Shown here: one piece after another, positions 1 through 9,445 of the stretch
Layout: each line of letters opens with the position of its first letter
Numbering within the stretch: position 1 is the stretch's first letter
IMG/VR virus record: IMGVR_UViG_3300037361_000044
Span: 1 to 64,000 of that record
DNA from: a virus
Taxonomy: Duplodnaviria; Caudoviricetes
Direction: 5' to 3' (one strand)
Length of the DNA: 64,000 bases
Position numbers and translations under genes: made by a program
The notes under the pieces: generated by a model
Databases searched by the model: none
What the model was told of the DNA's origin: nothing
Seen by the model: only the letters and a program-made list of their open reading frames with translations

Positions 1-804
1 GTGAATCAGCCAGGTCTGGCTGCCAAGTACGGGGTGATGCGTGGAAAGGATCGGCTTATGCCGCAGCAGCTAGTCTCGGCGCAGCCACGCCCTAGCGGCG
101 CATCGGCTGGTGGTGCCAAGCTAAGTGCAGACACGGTGGAGGGATTGAAGGCCTTGCAACGGCTCGAGGCCGAGAGGCAGCAACAGGCCACGGCAGCCAC
201 CACGTCATCCCTGGAGCGGGAGGCGCAGCGGGGGCCTGCCGGTAACGCTGGTTCTACTGAGAGGGAGCTGAGTGAGGAGGAGAAGCAGAAGCTCCTCGAC
301 AGCATGGACGACTTGGACCTTGGTCGCGTGAAGAAGGCGATGTTCAAGGATCTGTTGAACAACGACCAGCAGCGCGAGCTCATCGAGTCTCGCCTGGCAC
401 CGTTGGACCTCAGCCAGCTCATAATGGACGGGCGCGTCACGCAGGTGGTGCCCATCCGTCCTAACCAATTCGAGCCTGAGTACCAGTCGTACTCTGGTGA
501 GGAGGACCTCGAGATCAAGCGGCTGATCAGTGAGGAGTCTGGTCTGACGAATGCCAGCGACCGGTACATCATGGACAAGTACCAGTTGATGGGCTTCACC
601 GTTGCGCTGCGCGCGTTCAATCGCAGGCAGCTTCCGGATTACCGTGACGCCGAAGGCAACTTCAACGCAGACCTCTTTTGGAAGAAGTACGCAATCGTAT
701 CTCGCCTGAACTACCACATGCTGCAGAGCATGATGGTGAACTGGTTCTGGTTCGACATCCGAGTGCGCAAACTTTTTAGGGCAGAAGAGTTGGGAAATGG
801 CTAG
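1..804 (+). CDS. Putative tail assembly chaperone (gpG-like); 5' end probably outside the window
   Basis: ORF ends just after an X XXY YYZ heptamer (G GGA AAT) and the -1 frame stays open; lies upstream of the tape-measure-like gene. Confidence 0.6.
   Translation: MNQPGLAAKYGVMRGKDRLMPQQLVSAQPRPSGASAGGAKLSADTVEGLKALQRLEAERQQQATAATTSSLEREAQRGPAGNAGSTERELSEEEKQKLLDSMDDLDLGRVKKAMFKDLLNNDQQRELIESRLAPLDLSQLIMDGRVTQVVPIRPNQFEPEYQSYSGEEDLEIKRLISEESGLTNASDRYIMDKYQLMGFTVALRAFNRRQLPDYRDAEGNFNADLFWKKYAIVSRLNYHMLQSMMVNWFWFDIRVRKLFRAEELGNG
792..798 (+). promoter_or_regulatory. -1 programmed ribosomal frameshift slippery site GGGAAAT
   Basis: In-frame G GGA AAT one sense codon before TAG (802-804); -1 frame open 792-1226; same form as the lambda G/GT site GGGAAAG. 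Confidence 0.75.
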
Positions 805-1226
805 AGACTCCCGAGGGCTGGGCACAAGCGAACCTACTGCTTGTGACTCTGAGGAGGCCGCCACCTCGGGGGTCTGTGCAATCTTACGTATTACAGGCAC
901 TCCTCATACGAAAAGACCACATCGAGTACACCCGTACGCGAGCAATCGTACAGGCCATCATCAACAAAGAAGAAGCCAACAACGCTCTGGACGTGTACCG
1001 AGACACGCAGATGCCTTATCTGCCGAGGGTGAAAAAGTCCGAGAGGCAGGAAGTCATCAAGCGATTGATGAGCGAGGTAGCGAAGGGCCCGATGGCAATT
1101 ACACCGGTCATGCAGAAGCAAGTGAAGAGCAGGCTGAAGACCAAGGTCATTCAGCGCAGCGAGGAGGAGAGGCTTGTCAGCTCTCGTCGAATGGCTGCGA
1201 AGATGGGAGGCATCCTTGAAGGGTGA
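792..1226 (+). CDS. -1 frame extension of the tail assembly chaperone (gpT-like)
   Basis: ORF 843..1226 is open back to the slippery site (GKWLETPEGWAQANLLLVTLRRPP...) and has no good RBS of its own. Confidence 0.65.
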   Translation, partial: GKWLETPEGWAQANLLLVTLRRPPPRGSVQSYVLQALLIRKDHIEYTRTRAIVQAIINKEEANNALDVYRDTQMPYLPRVKKSERQEVIKRLMSEVAKGPMAITPVMQKQVKSRLKTKVIQRSEEERLVSSRRMAAKMGGILEG

Positions 1227-1233
1227 AGTAAGA

Positions 1234-1629
1234 ATGTGTCCTCGGTGCGGTAGCGCTGGGGTGGATTACGGGCAGATCACAGGCAGTGACGCGTACTGCC
1301 GTGGCTGTCGTTGGACCGGTACGCGGGAGGACCTCCTGGTCCTTCCTGTGGAACACGAGTTCTTATCCGACGAGTCCATGGCGCTAGCTATGGTGAACGA
1401 TATGCGTCAGTCGTTGTCGGGGGAGCTGGGTCTTCCCTACCTGAAGTTCCTTATCAAGTGGGGCTTCATCAAGTCTGACGTCGTGAACCCAGGCAACACC
1501 ATAGACCGCAAGAAGTTCGCGGCGTATCTGGCTGCAATCACAATGGGCGTGCTGTCGTCCGTGCTCAAATGCCGAGCTGAGTTCGACGTCACGAAGGAGG
1601 AGCCAGCCAATGACAGATCCGGAAATTGA
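1234..1629 (+). CDS. Zn-ribbon hypothetical protein
   Basis: CPRC...CRGC at the N-terminus. Confidence 0.6.
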   Translation: MCPRCGSAGVDYGQITGSDAYCRGCRWTGTREDLLVLPVEHEFLSDESMALAMVNDMRQSLSGELGLPYLKFLIKWGFIKSDVVNPGNTIDRKKFAAYLAAITMGVLSSVLKCRAEFDVTKEEPANDRSGN

Positions 1630-1918
1630 CGAGCAGACGTACCACCCCAACCACCTACCTTCAAGCGAGACTGGCCCCATCTGCTATCGAGACCCCATAC
1701 GTGTGTGCGGCCCTGACTGCATAGCGTATCTGGCGCAGGTACCGGATGGCGAGGCGTACAAGGGTGAGCAGTGGGCGCATTGCCATGTCCTTGTGAACCA
1801 GGACAGGCTGGGCAGACATGCGGTGGTGCTGGTCAGCCTACTGAACAAAGATGTGTCTCTTCGAAGCAAGGCCCAGGCAGAGGCCGAGCGCGGGAAAAAA
1901 GCCCCAGGAGTTGCGTGA
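1610..1918 (+). CDS. Hypothetical Cys-containing protein
   Basis: AAGGAGG RBS; overlaps neighbours. Confidence 0.6.
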   Translation: MTDPEIDEQTYHPNHLPSSETGPICYRDPIRVCGPDCIAYLAQVPDGEAYKGEQWAHCHVLVNQDRLGRHAVVLVSLLNKDVSLRSKAQAEAERGKKAPGVA

Positions 1919-2589
1919 TGCAAGTTACTATCGTTGGACTAAGCCAGGAATTGTCGCTGTTGGATGGGGAGACCACGAACAGCATGGTGATCGAGTTGCC
2001 AAACGGTGTGCTGCTGCGTGCAGCCCTGAGCGATGAGGCAACAGCGGAAGTCACCAAGGCCTTCGTGCAGTCCGGAGTCCCGGCAGCTGTCGTGGCTGCA
2101 CAGCGGGCGAGCGCTGCGCCTGAAGCTCCGCCGATGCCTGCACCGCGTGCGGCGGAGGTACAAGCACATCCTGCGTTGCACTTCAACCCACCGCCCATGG
2201 AGAGACAGTACTCCCCGGTGGTCTTGAGTGACGAGCCCGATGATGAGGGGCCAGACGGACGCGTCTTCGGTGGGGACTACGCCGAGGAGTCCTCCATCGC
2301 GGCCATTGGCCAGCAGCTGCAGAACGCCGAGGCCAGCTTGGCGCACGCTGTTAGCGGGTCTGACGACATGGACAGGGCTGGTCTGCAGGCGGCCGCTGCT
2401 CGGTTGCGCCAGGGTACAGAGATGCCAGCGCCAAACTGGGGAGGCGCGCCCACTCCAGCGACGCACCGTAAGGTACGGGTAACCAAGGACGACATGGGCA
2501 ACCCCGTCCTCCAGGGTAGTGGCTTGGTGGACACCCGCAGCCTCGTGGGTGGTAGCAACATCGAAGAGGGCGACGTAGGACAGGTATGA
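1918..2589 (+). CDS. Hypothetical protein
   Basis: TGATG coupling, AGGAG RBS, start MQVTIVG. Confidence 0.65.
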   Translation: MQVTIVGLSQELSLLDGETTNSMVIELPNGVLLRAALSDEATAEVTKAFVQSGVPAAVVAAQRASAAPEAPPMPAPRAAEVQAHPALHFNPPPMERQYSPVVLSDEPDDEGPDGRVFGGDYAEESSIAAIGQQLQNAEASLAHAVSGSDDMDRAGLQAAAARLRQGTEMPAPNWGGAPTPATHRKVRVTKDDMGNPVLQGSGLVDTRSLVGGSNIEEGDVGQV

Positions 2590-3059
2590 TTCTCATCGCC
2601 TGCCCCTCTTGCAACCACGCGCTTCGGGTCACTGGGGACCCCGAAGAGATCAGCTACTTGCTGGGCGAGAAGAGCGAGCTCTGGCCTGACCAGTACGCCT
2701 GCTTCAATTGCGGCAAGAGCGCCGGCCACTACCTGATCGCTGAGACTACAGCTGCAGCGATGGCCATGATGCACATCGTTGACTTGACCCCGCAGGAGGC
2801 TCTTGCTGCGCTGTCCGGGTTTGGGTTGCCTGGGGAGCGTACCTGCTGCCGCGAGGTTATTCTTCCGTACTTCGAACAGGCCGGCATCAAGGTGAAGGGG
2901 CAGCAGCCACGAGGGCAGCAGCTCTTCCGTGTGGAGGAGCTCACCTTCCCCGACGGTACGACCATGTTTTTAGCCCCCAGTGCCATGGGCGCCGTCATCT
3001 TTCGGATAAAGAAGCCGCACTCGTACGCGGCAGAAGTGGACGCCGTCCATGGAACCTGA
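2586..3059 (+). CDS. Zn-finger hypothetical protein
   Basis: CPSC and CFNC motifs; ATGA coupling. Confidence 0.65.
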   Translation: MILIACPSCNHALRVTGDPEEISYLLGEKSELWPDQYACFNCGKSAGHYLIAETTAAAMAMMHIVDLTPQEALAALSGFGLPGERTCCREVILPYFEQAGIKVKGQQPRGQQLFRVEELTFPDGTTMFLAPSAMGAVIFRIKKPHSYAAEVDAVHGT

Positions 3060-3717
3060 AGACGTTGTACTTAGCCACCGCCGTGTAGGCACCAGCTACG
3101 AGGGCGACATTGACGGGGAGGCCTTCAGCGACTGCTCGTTCTCGGCAATGATGCTGATGGTGCACGCCCGCTTGTTCAATCGCCCAGGGTGCGGTCTACG
3201 TATCGTCCGCACGGAGCGACAGGGCCTGTTCCCTGTGCAGCTGGAGCCAGCCCTGCTGCGGATGCTGCGGGAAGACCCCCTCCAGTACATCCAGAGGCAC
3301 ACTATGCCAGACCGCGTGGCAGACTTACGGCCGCCAGACCGTATCAGCAAGCTGGCTGCCCCCTACCGAGCCCCTCGAGGGGGTCTGCGGGCAGGTCATG
3401 CGACGCTGGCTGACGCTTTTGGCGACTACGTGTATGTGCGTTTACGTGCAGGACGGGTGGAGAACCCCTGCACCGGACGTTGGAGTCCCATCCCGGAGAT
3501 GGAGGACAACAGCGGCATCACCGTGCACCAGGCAGTCTTGACTGATGAGAAAGCCAAGTCAGGATGGCTTGTAATTGCTACAACTAAGCTGCTACAAAGT
3601 GCAGCGCCACGTTTCTACTTGCCACGCGAGTGGAATGAGAGCGGTTCTTGGATTACCAAGGAGCGCCTTCAAGAAATGTACGACCAGTTCAGAAAGGACC
3701 GTGACTCATGTCCGTAG
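3049..3717 (+). CDS. Hypothetical protein
   Basis: 222 aa ORF tiled between neighbours. Confidence 0.6.
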   Translation: MEPEDVVLSHRRVGTSYEGDIDGEAFSDCSFSAMMLMVHARLFNRPGCGLRIVRTERQGLFPVQLEPALLRMLREDPLQYIQRHTMPDRVADLRPPDRISKLAAPYRAPRGGLRAGHATLADAFGDYVYVRLRAGRVENPCTGRWSPIPEMEDNSGITVHQAVLTDEKAKSGWLVIATTKLLQSAAPRFYLPREWNESGSWITKERLQEMYDQFRKDRDSCP

Positions 3718-4103
3718 GATCTTCGAATGATAGTGCTGGGCTAGCCGCTCGCCGTGCAGGCGTAAAGGTTGCCCGTGATGCATCCAAGGCAGTGAAGGGC
3801 ACCCCGCAGAAGGTGACTCAAGTGATGCGTGGTGAGATCGTGTTCGTCGGCTACAACGACGAGCGGGGCATTGCCCAGACCGCCATGTACTTCAAGGTGG
3901 GCGACTCCCTCATGTCCACCTTAGACACCACCGAGTGGTGTGGCAAGAAGCTCTTCCCCATCGCAGACTGGATGAAGGGTGACGTGATGCGGCAGCTGTC
4001 CGGCAGTGCGCCGGCGGCACAGCAGGTAGCGCTGCCCACGGAAGACAGCGTGGACGTAATGGCGGGCTGCGACGACGCAGTCGATGACGTGGCGGGGCCA
4101 TGA
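3708..4103 (+). CDS. Hypothetical protein
   Basis: AAGGA RBS; tiled ORF. Confidence 0.6.
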   Translation: MSVGSSNDSAGLAARRAGVKVARDASKAVKGTPQKVTQVMRGEIVFVGYNDERGIAQTAMYFKVGDSLMSTLDTTEWCGKKLFPIADWMKGDVMRQLSGSAPAAQQVALPTEDSVDVMAGCDDAVDDVAGP

Positions 4104-4420
4104 AGATCCGGCTGATGCATGACTGGGTGCTGGCCGAGGTTGAGCCGGCACCGGACACCACTGCCGGTGGCATTGTCATCGTCGGCCCTCAGCCGATTCG
4201 GATGGCCACCGTCATCTCCGTAGGTCCCGGGCGGCGCGACGCCAAGGGCAAGCTCACCCCCACGCAGCTGAAGGCGGGGGACAAGTTCCCATTCTTCAAG
4301 GCTGCGTCGGAGACGCGCCAGGGGCACGCCTTGGCCATGCTGCTTGACGACAACCAGGTGCTCATCAAAGAAAGCGACGTGCTCTTCGTGGACGAGCAGG
4401 GAGTATCGGTGACGCTGTGA
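4100..4420 (+). CDS. groES: Co-chaperonin GroES (Cpn10) homologue
   Basis: MKIRLMHDWVL...TTAGGIVI...VISVGPG...LKAGDK...LIKESDVL matches the Cpn10 pattern. Confidence 0.9.
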   Translation: MKIRLMHDWVLAEVEPAPDTTAGGIVIVGPQPIRMATVISVGPGRRDAKGKLTPTQLKAGDKFPFFKAASETRQGHALAMLLDDNQVLIKESDVLFVDEQGVSVTL

Positions 4421-4704
4421 GCCGACCCATGCTGTATGGCGCGCGGGCACGAAGGGCTGCGGCTGGTGGCTGGCTAGGTTTGCTTTGGGTGTTCGTGCTG
4501 GTGCACCTGCCCCTATTCGCTGTGCGTAGGCTGGTGCTTCGGTACAACTTGGCGCACAACCCACCGCGCTACAAGCTGACTGCCGCCGAGCAGCTGGGCT
4601 TCTCAGCGAGAGACCTGGAACTCACGTACCCAGCCGGCAAGCCACTGGTGTGGCAGGGGACGTTGCACGGTGCACGCAACAAGGACTCCAAATGCGTTTC
4701 GTAG
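4417..4704 (+). CDS. Small membrane protein
   Basis: Hydrophobic stretch WLGLLWVFVLVHLPLFAV; GTGA coupling. Confidence 0.5.
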   Translation: MSRPMLYGARARRAAAGGWLGLLWVFVLVHLPLFAVRRLVLRYNLAHNPPRYKLTAAEQLGFSARDLELTYPAGKPLVWQGTLHGARNKDSKCVS

Positions 4705-4952
4705 AACGAACAGCACCAGGGCAGCTGAGCCTGAACTACATGTGGCTTCCCACGTGGGTGGGCATGAACTCGGCGCTCGTAGCTGAGATCGAGGCGAAGA
4801 TTTCCCCGGCCATTGTCGGACGCCCAATAGACGAGGAAACTCTGCAGCTTGCGCACGACGCTGTGCTGGACGCACTGGTGGAGCGATTCCCCGAGCAGCA
4901 CGGGCTGTTTGACTACTTGGACGGGATCAAATACGTAGACACCCATGGCTAA
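4692..4952 (+). CDS. Hypothetical protein
   Basis: AAGGA RBS, start MRFVERTA. Confidence 0.6.
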   Translation: MRFVERTAPGQLSLNYMWLPTWVGMNSALVAEIEAKISPAIVGRPIDEETLQLAHDAVLDALVERFPEQHGLFDYLDGIKYVDTHG

Positions 4953-5115
4953 AGAAGGTCGCCTCCATCTACGCGTTGACAAGGACCTGGTCTCCCGCAT
5001 GCACGACTATGCACGCAGGAACCGTACGGATGTGACGCAGTTGGTCACCGACTACTTCTTGGCACTACTAAGGGCAGAAGAGGCACCACTGGTGCCAGAG
5101 GTTGAGCAAGTCTGA
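4945..5115 (+). CDS. Ribbon-helix-helix DNA-binding protein (56 aa, not in ORF track)
   Basis: MAKEGRLHLRVDKDLVSRMHDYARRNRTDVTQLVTDYF: alternating beta-strand then two helices; fills the gap between coupled genes. Confidence 0.7.
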   Translation: MAKEGRLHLRVDKDLVSRMHDYARRNRTDVTQLVTDYFLALLRAEEAPLVPEVEQV

Positions 5116-5654
5116 TGGTCGATTACATCGAGGAGCGGAAGGAGCAGGAAGTACCTAATGCTTCCGGCGTGGCCGGGTACCTGGAGGTGGTCCGTGGTGT
5201 CTTGGAGTTGCCGCGAGTGCAAGAGATCATCATCAGGGTAGGCAAGGTCAGCTGGCATAGGTTCAAGAAGCCAGACGAACCAGAACGAAACCTCGAGGTA
5301 GACCTGGAGACGCTCATGCCTTACGGCGTGATCCGTAGCCACGATGTTGTGGAAGTGCCCGCGGTGGACAACGCGGCAGCCACACTGGGTCTGCTCTTCA
5401 CCAAGGCACATCTCGACGGGCTCAACCCCATAGCCCTAGTGTCGGGGCCTGGTACCTTCCTGCACTCTTGGTACCGTGCCACTACGTCCTTGGTTCTGCC
5501 AAGACAGTCTGCGCATGGTGTCGATCTGCTGCTAGACCCGAACATCGGCGAGGAGGCTTTGATCCTTTGCACAGGCTTCGGCAAGCGGGCAGCCTTGGTG
5601 GACACCGTACGCTCCTACAAAACTACAATGCCTTGGAGGCAAACAAAGCCATGA
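5115..5654 (+). CDS. Hypothetical protein
   Basis: TGATG coupling; tiled ORF. Confidence 0.65.
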   Translation: MVDYIEERKEQEVPNASGVAGYLEVVRGVLELPRVQEIIIRVGKVSWHRFKKPDEPERNLEVDLETLMPYGVIRSHDVVEVPAVDNAAATLGLLFTKAHLDGLNPIALVSGPGTFLHSWYRATTSLVLPRQSAHGVDLLLDPNIGEEALILCTGFGKRAALVDTVRSYKTTMPWRQTKP

Positions 5655-6142
5655 CGGGACTAGCATCAGCAGTTGCACAATCCGGTGCCCTGGACGAGGG
5701 CATGTTGAGGGAGCTTGCCAAGTGGCGGTTACCGCTCGAGCTACCCGACTCAGCGGCGACTCCGTTCGAAACCCCCGAGGAGGCAGTAGACGCCATCGAG
5801 GAGGCCGTAGAGAGCCGGGCAGCCGTGGAGGTTCGCGCCACTGACCTTGACGTGTTGAAGCAGTACCTGGCCACCGCGACGAAGGGCAAGCTCCACATCG
5901 TTACCCAGCTGGAGAACGGTACATTCCCGGTCACCTACGGTCTGACGAAGTTTGGCGACTACATCATTCCGTGGCAGGCTGACTCCCTTGTGGAGTTCCT
6001 AACAAACGGAGAATCGTACTTGCAAGCCAAGGGCGGTAAGGTTTACTTCTCAACCGTGCAGGAGTTGTACTTTGGTGAACGCAAAGTCTTCATCCAGTGC
6101 ACACCGCACAGGGAAACCAATGGCCGCTCCAACAAAGATTGA
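5651..6142 (+). CDS. Hypothetical protein
   Basis: GGAGG RBS, ATGA coupling, start MTGLAS. Confidence 0.65.
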   Translation: MTGLASAVAQSGALDEGMLRELAKWRLPLELPDSAATPFETPEEAVDAIEEAVESRAAVEVRATDLDVLKQYLATATKGKLHIVTQLENGTFPVTYGLTKFGDYIIPWQADSLVEFLTNGESYLQAKGGKVYFSTVQELYFGERKVFIQCTPHRETNGRSNKD

Positions 6143-6575
6143 CGTCTACGCCGCGCTGGTACGCAAGTGCGGCTTCGATGTCGTCCAGGAAAAGGAGACA
6201 GCGAAGCAACTGCGCATCATGGGCCGTATCCCCGTGGAGCGCTGGAACTTCTACGTGCCGGTCATTCACCGGATACTCACGGCGTCGGCCAAGCCTGTGG
6301 CGCTGTGGACCTGTGACATCTCCAAGCAGTACCTACTGCGTAACGACCAGGTGCTGTACGCCTGGCGTCTCATCTTCCAGGCGGACACCCTTGCTGCGCA
6401 GTACGGGGACATCACCAAGACCATTCTCTCTGCACCAAGCCCATCAAGGGTGGAGTTGCAGTCCCAGTTGTTGCCTGGGTGCAAGCCCGGGGACGTTCGC
6501 GGTGGGTTCAACGCCAAGGGCAAGGGTACCGGCGCCGCCGGATCCCTACCGTTGGCCGCCACGAGGAGCCGGTAA
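6120..6575 (+). CDS. Hypothetical protein
   Basis: Tiled ORF, start MAAPTK. Confidence 0.6.
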   Translation: MAAPTKIDVYAALVRKCGFDVVQEKETAKQLRIMGRIPVERWNFYVPVIHRILTASAKPVALWTCDISKQYLLRNDQVLYAWRLIFQADTLAAQYGDITKTILSAPSPSRVELQSQLLPGCKPGDVRGGFNAKGKGTGAAGSLPLAATRSR

Positions 6576-7252
6576 TGACACTCATAGCTGCTGATGGACG
6601 CGGGGCCCTACGGTACGATGATGTGCGGGATGGCCCCATCGAGCTCACAGCTGACGAGGCCGCAGTCTTTGCCAACAAGGCGGAGGCTATGGCTAAGTTG
6701 CTGGCCAACCCCAAGGTGGTTGCCAAGTACAAGTTGGAAATCCTCTTTGGCAAGGCACGCTCCACCAAGGAAGCTACCCCTGGTGCCCTTACCTTTTGGG
6801 CCAGCGGGTCGAAGATGCACGGGGGCGGAGACGACAAGCTGTACCTTTGCCCTGGGCGTTCCCTGAAGATGAATGACTGTCAGGCCGCCCTGCAGGAGTC
6901 CTACAACGCGGGTGGCCAGATCGTGTGCCCTGCCTGCGGCAACGTCTGGAAGTCTGAGGCATGCATCGGTGAGCTGTTCTTCAAGCTGACCATGCGGGGG
7001 TGGGCGGACGTCATTTACCGGTACTTCCGGCAGTTCGACTACGACTGCGACATTTACTTGAAGCATGCCCGCGAGGACATACGGTCCGTTTCCTTGGCCC
7101 AAAAGGAGCGGCAGACGTGGAAAGGGAGCCAGATGCTGAGCGGTGCTAGGGACAAGCGCGCTCGACACATCTACCCCCTTCGGAATATCATCAAGGATAC
7201 CTCCGCCGGCGCAAACGTTTTGAGCCGCTTCTACGCCTTCCTGACAGCATGA
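6575..7252 (+). CDS. Zn-finger-containing hypothetical protein
   Basis: GAGGAG RBS; CPG..C and CPACG motifs. Confidence 0.65.
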   Translation: MTLIAADGRGALRYDDVRDGPIELTADEAAVFANKAEAMAKLLANPKVVAKYKLEILFGKARSTKEATPGALTFWASGSKMHGGGDDKLYLCPGRSLKMNDCQAALQESYNAGGQIVCPACGNVWKSEACIGELFFKLTMRGWADVIYRYFRQFDYDCDIYLKHAREDIRSVSLAQKERQTWKGSQMLSGARDKRARHIYPLRNIIKDTSAGANVLSRFYAFLTA

Positions 7253-7686
7253 CCCCACCACCCTACAAAAAGCTGGCCTATGAACGCGCTGTGTTCATGG
7301 CCCTATCCCGTGTAATGCAGGAGCGCTACCTCGTTGTTGAGGGAGCGATGGAGCCTGAGCAGACCATCGAGTGCGAGGACCTGCCTCGTAACGAAAGCCA
7401 GGTACCGGCTGACGTTGTGATGGACACGGTCTTGCGTCTGCAGCGAATGGCCGCTACCCGCGGCCGCGAGATGAGCCGATACAAGTTGGTGACTACGACG
7501 GAGGAAGACGATGAGCAAGAGTGGAACAAATCAGCGACGCCAGCTACGCCCGAAGGTGGTGGCAAACAAACTGAAGCGCCAGTCCGACAAGGAAAGGACA
7601 AAGGTAGCAAGGGAAATCCACAAGCTGCAGCAGCTGGGAGCGGGCGACCTAAACCCACACATCCAGCAGCTAAATCTGGAAAATAA
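7249..7686 (+). CDS. Hypothetical protein
   Basis: ATGA coupling; low-complexity tail overlaps the next gene. Confidence 0.55.
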   Translation: MTPPPYKKLAYERAVFMALSRVMQERYLVVEGAMEPEQTIECEDLPRNESQVPADVVMDTVLRLQRMAATRGREMSRYKLVTTTEEDDEQEWNKSATPATPEGGGKQTEAPVRQGKDKGSKGNPQAAAAGSGRPKPTHPAAKSGK

Positions 7687-8101
7687 GAACACCAGAGACG
7701 GCCTCAACAACCTCATCCGGGCGTTCAACGACAACTTCCAGTCCTACGGCGCCGCAATGCAGCAGTTGGATACTCGCCTTGGCGCGCTGACGCTGGTCGT
7801 GGACGACATCGTGAGCAGCTTGGCCCTCTCCGGGATAGCCCTGCCCGAGCTCACGGTGCTGCAGCAGGAGGGCAAAACCCTGGTGCACTGGGAGGCATAC
7901 CTCAAGCACTACATCGACAACGTGCGGGCGGAGCTCTTGGCTCGAGCGGAAGCGGCCAAGGCTGAGCAGCAGGTGGGCGCCATACCGGGGGGCGAGGAAC
8001 CTGTTACGCTAGATCCTCTGTTCACCCCTGAGACTCCTGAGGAGTCCACCCACACCGACGTTGTATTTGGAGGAGACACCGATGGCCAAGTTAGTACCTG
8101 A
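7511..8101 (+). CDS. Coiled-coil hypothetical protein
   Basis: GGAGG RBS; heptad-rich sequence. Confidence 0.6.
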   Translation: MSKSGTNQRRQLRPKVVANKLKRQSDKERTKVAREIHKLQQLGAGDLNPHIQQLNLENKNTRDGLNNLIRAFNDNFQSYGAAMQQLDTRLGALTLVVDDIVSSLALSGIALPELTVLQQEGKTLVHWEAYLKHYIDNVRAELLARAEAAKAEQQVGAIPGGEEPVTLDPLFTPETPEESTHTDVVFGGDTDGQVST

Positions 8102-8291
8102 GGGTAGACGAGTCCGTGTTGCGGAGGGAGGCACCTCCGTAATCCATGAGTCGGCCCCAGGAGGCATGAAGAAGCTTCGATGCCCAGGCACTCACCAGCT
8201 GGCGGTGCCCCAGCACATGAGCGATGGCAGGTCTGTCCTGCGTACGCCGAACGGCACCACGTACGTCACCAAGCGGCTAGGTCGCTCGTAG
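8082..8291 (+). CDS. Small hypothetical protein
   Basis: GGAGGAG RBS, start MAKLVPEG. Confidence 0.55.
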   Translation: MAKLVPEGRRVRVAEGGTSVIHESAPGGMKKLRCPGTHQLAVPQHMSDGRSVLRTPNGTTYVTKRLGRS

Positions 8292-8693
8292 CATCACCCA
8301 GCTACCTCCGTCACGGAACCGTCCTACGATCTGAAACCCGCGCGTGCGGTACAGGTGCAGGGCGGTTTCGTTTGTGACACGGACGGTAAGCATGGTGTCT
8401 CGCTGTATCCCTAGCAGCCTGTCTAGGAGCATGGCGCCGAGGCCCATCCCGCGGCAGTCTTCCCGCACCCCAAGCCTGGTCAAGTCCAGCAGGTAGCCGT
8501 CGTCACGCACCAGGGCGTAGGCCACTACCTCGTCGGCAAGCTCAATCACCCACCCCGTGCCTAGTTCAATCTCCTTGGCAATTGTGGTCTCGTTGAAGCA
8601 GTTCTCGGGGAACACTTGCATCTCGAGCTCGGCAATTACATCCGCATCGTTTTGGGTGACACACCGCATGTGCGCATGGTACACCAGCCGCAT
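8277..8693 (-). CDS. GNAT acetyltransferase (RimI-like); start may be 8669
   Basis: LGVREDCRGMGLG acetyl-CoA motif A; LTVRVTNETALHLYRTRGF motif B. Confidence 0.85.
   Translation of the reverse strand: MRLVYHAHMRCVTQNDADVIAELEMQVFPENCFNETTIAKEIELGTGWVIELADEVVAYALVRDDGYLLDLTRLGVREDCRGMGLGAMLLDRLLGIQRDTMLTVRVTNETALHLYRTRGFQIVGRFRDGGSWVMLRAT
8677..8685 (+). promoter_or_regulatory. Extended -10-type promoter TGGTACACC, leaderless start
   Basis: 6 nt before ATG 8692, no RBS; recurring class. Confidence 0.45.
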
Positions 8694-8907
8694 GGCACCG
8701 CCAGTCCCCTCGTTAGCTGTATCGCTCGGTCCCCTTTACGATGACCAAGACCACGGCGGTTTGACTCCCGCTGAGATCGAAGCGCTGGTTGATGCGGACG
8801 TCGCTAAGTTCGATGGTTACTTTCAGGGTGAGCTGAAGAACGAGCCGCTCACCGCGGCAGAGCGCGCCATCCTCAAGACGTACCTGTACTTCAAGATCAT
8901 GGTGTAG
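8692..8907 (+). CDS. Hypothetical protein (probably leaderless)
   Basis: MAPPVPS...LTAAERAILKTYLYFKIMV. Confidence 0.55.
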   Translation: MAPPVPSLAVSLGPLYDDQDHGGLTPAEIEALVDADVAKFDGYFQGELKNEPLTAAERAILKTYLYFKIMV

Positions 8908-8974
8908 TCGGCGTATGTTCCCCACCAGGCTGTCCGCACCTGTCTTCTGCGGGCGTGTTGTTCGGAGGAGTTTC

Positions 8975-9445
8975 ATGGGCACTAAGTCAGTCAAGCAGTG
9001 TAGTTGTGACCGCTGCAAGCGCGTCTGGTACGAAGACCCGGAACAGGAAAAACGTCAACAGACCGAGGTGGACCTGTCCGCCACCATCAACGATGACCAC
9101 TTTGAGGTCTCGTTTGACTGTCTGTGCGAAGGCTGCGCGGCCACTGTCAAGGGCTTGCTAGTAGCCATCACTCGGGTGATGGACAAGGCTTCTCCTATTC
9201 GGGGGGCTAAGAAAAAGGGAGGGGCAGAGGCCACCGTGGAAACCCCGGCAGCCACCACCCCCACGCCTAAGCTCTCAGCTCCCTCGAAGGTCGTTTCAGC
9301 GGAGCCGGTGACGTCTGCACCCCAGAGTGCACAGGCGCACGGCGGGATTCACGTACCCGTGGCCTCCGGATCGACGTCTTCATCACCAGCTCCTGCTTCA
9401 GCTTCTCGCCCACCTCAGGGCCACACTCCTCCAGGCAGATCCTGA
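8975..9445 (+). CDS. Zn-binding hypothetical protein with Pro/Ser/Ala tail
   Basis: GGAGGAG RBS; CDRC and CEGC motifs. Confidence 0.65.
   Translation: MGTKSVKQCSCDRCKRVWYEDPEQEKRQQTEVDLSATINDDHFEVSFDCLCEGCAATVKGLLVAITRVMDKASPIRGAKKKGGAEATVETPAATTPTPKLSAPSKVVSAEPVTSAPQSAQAHGGIHVPVASGSTSSSPAPASASRPPQGHTPPGRS

Noticed and set aside
797-1219. 140 aa ORF as the gene after the chaperone
   Set aside because: Low-complexity translation; the -1 frame (792-1226) is linked by the slippery site and is more protein-like.
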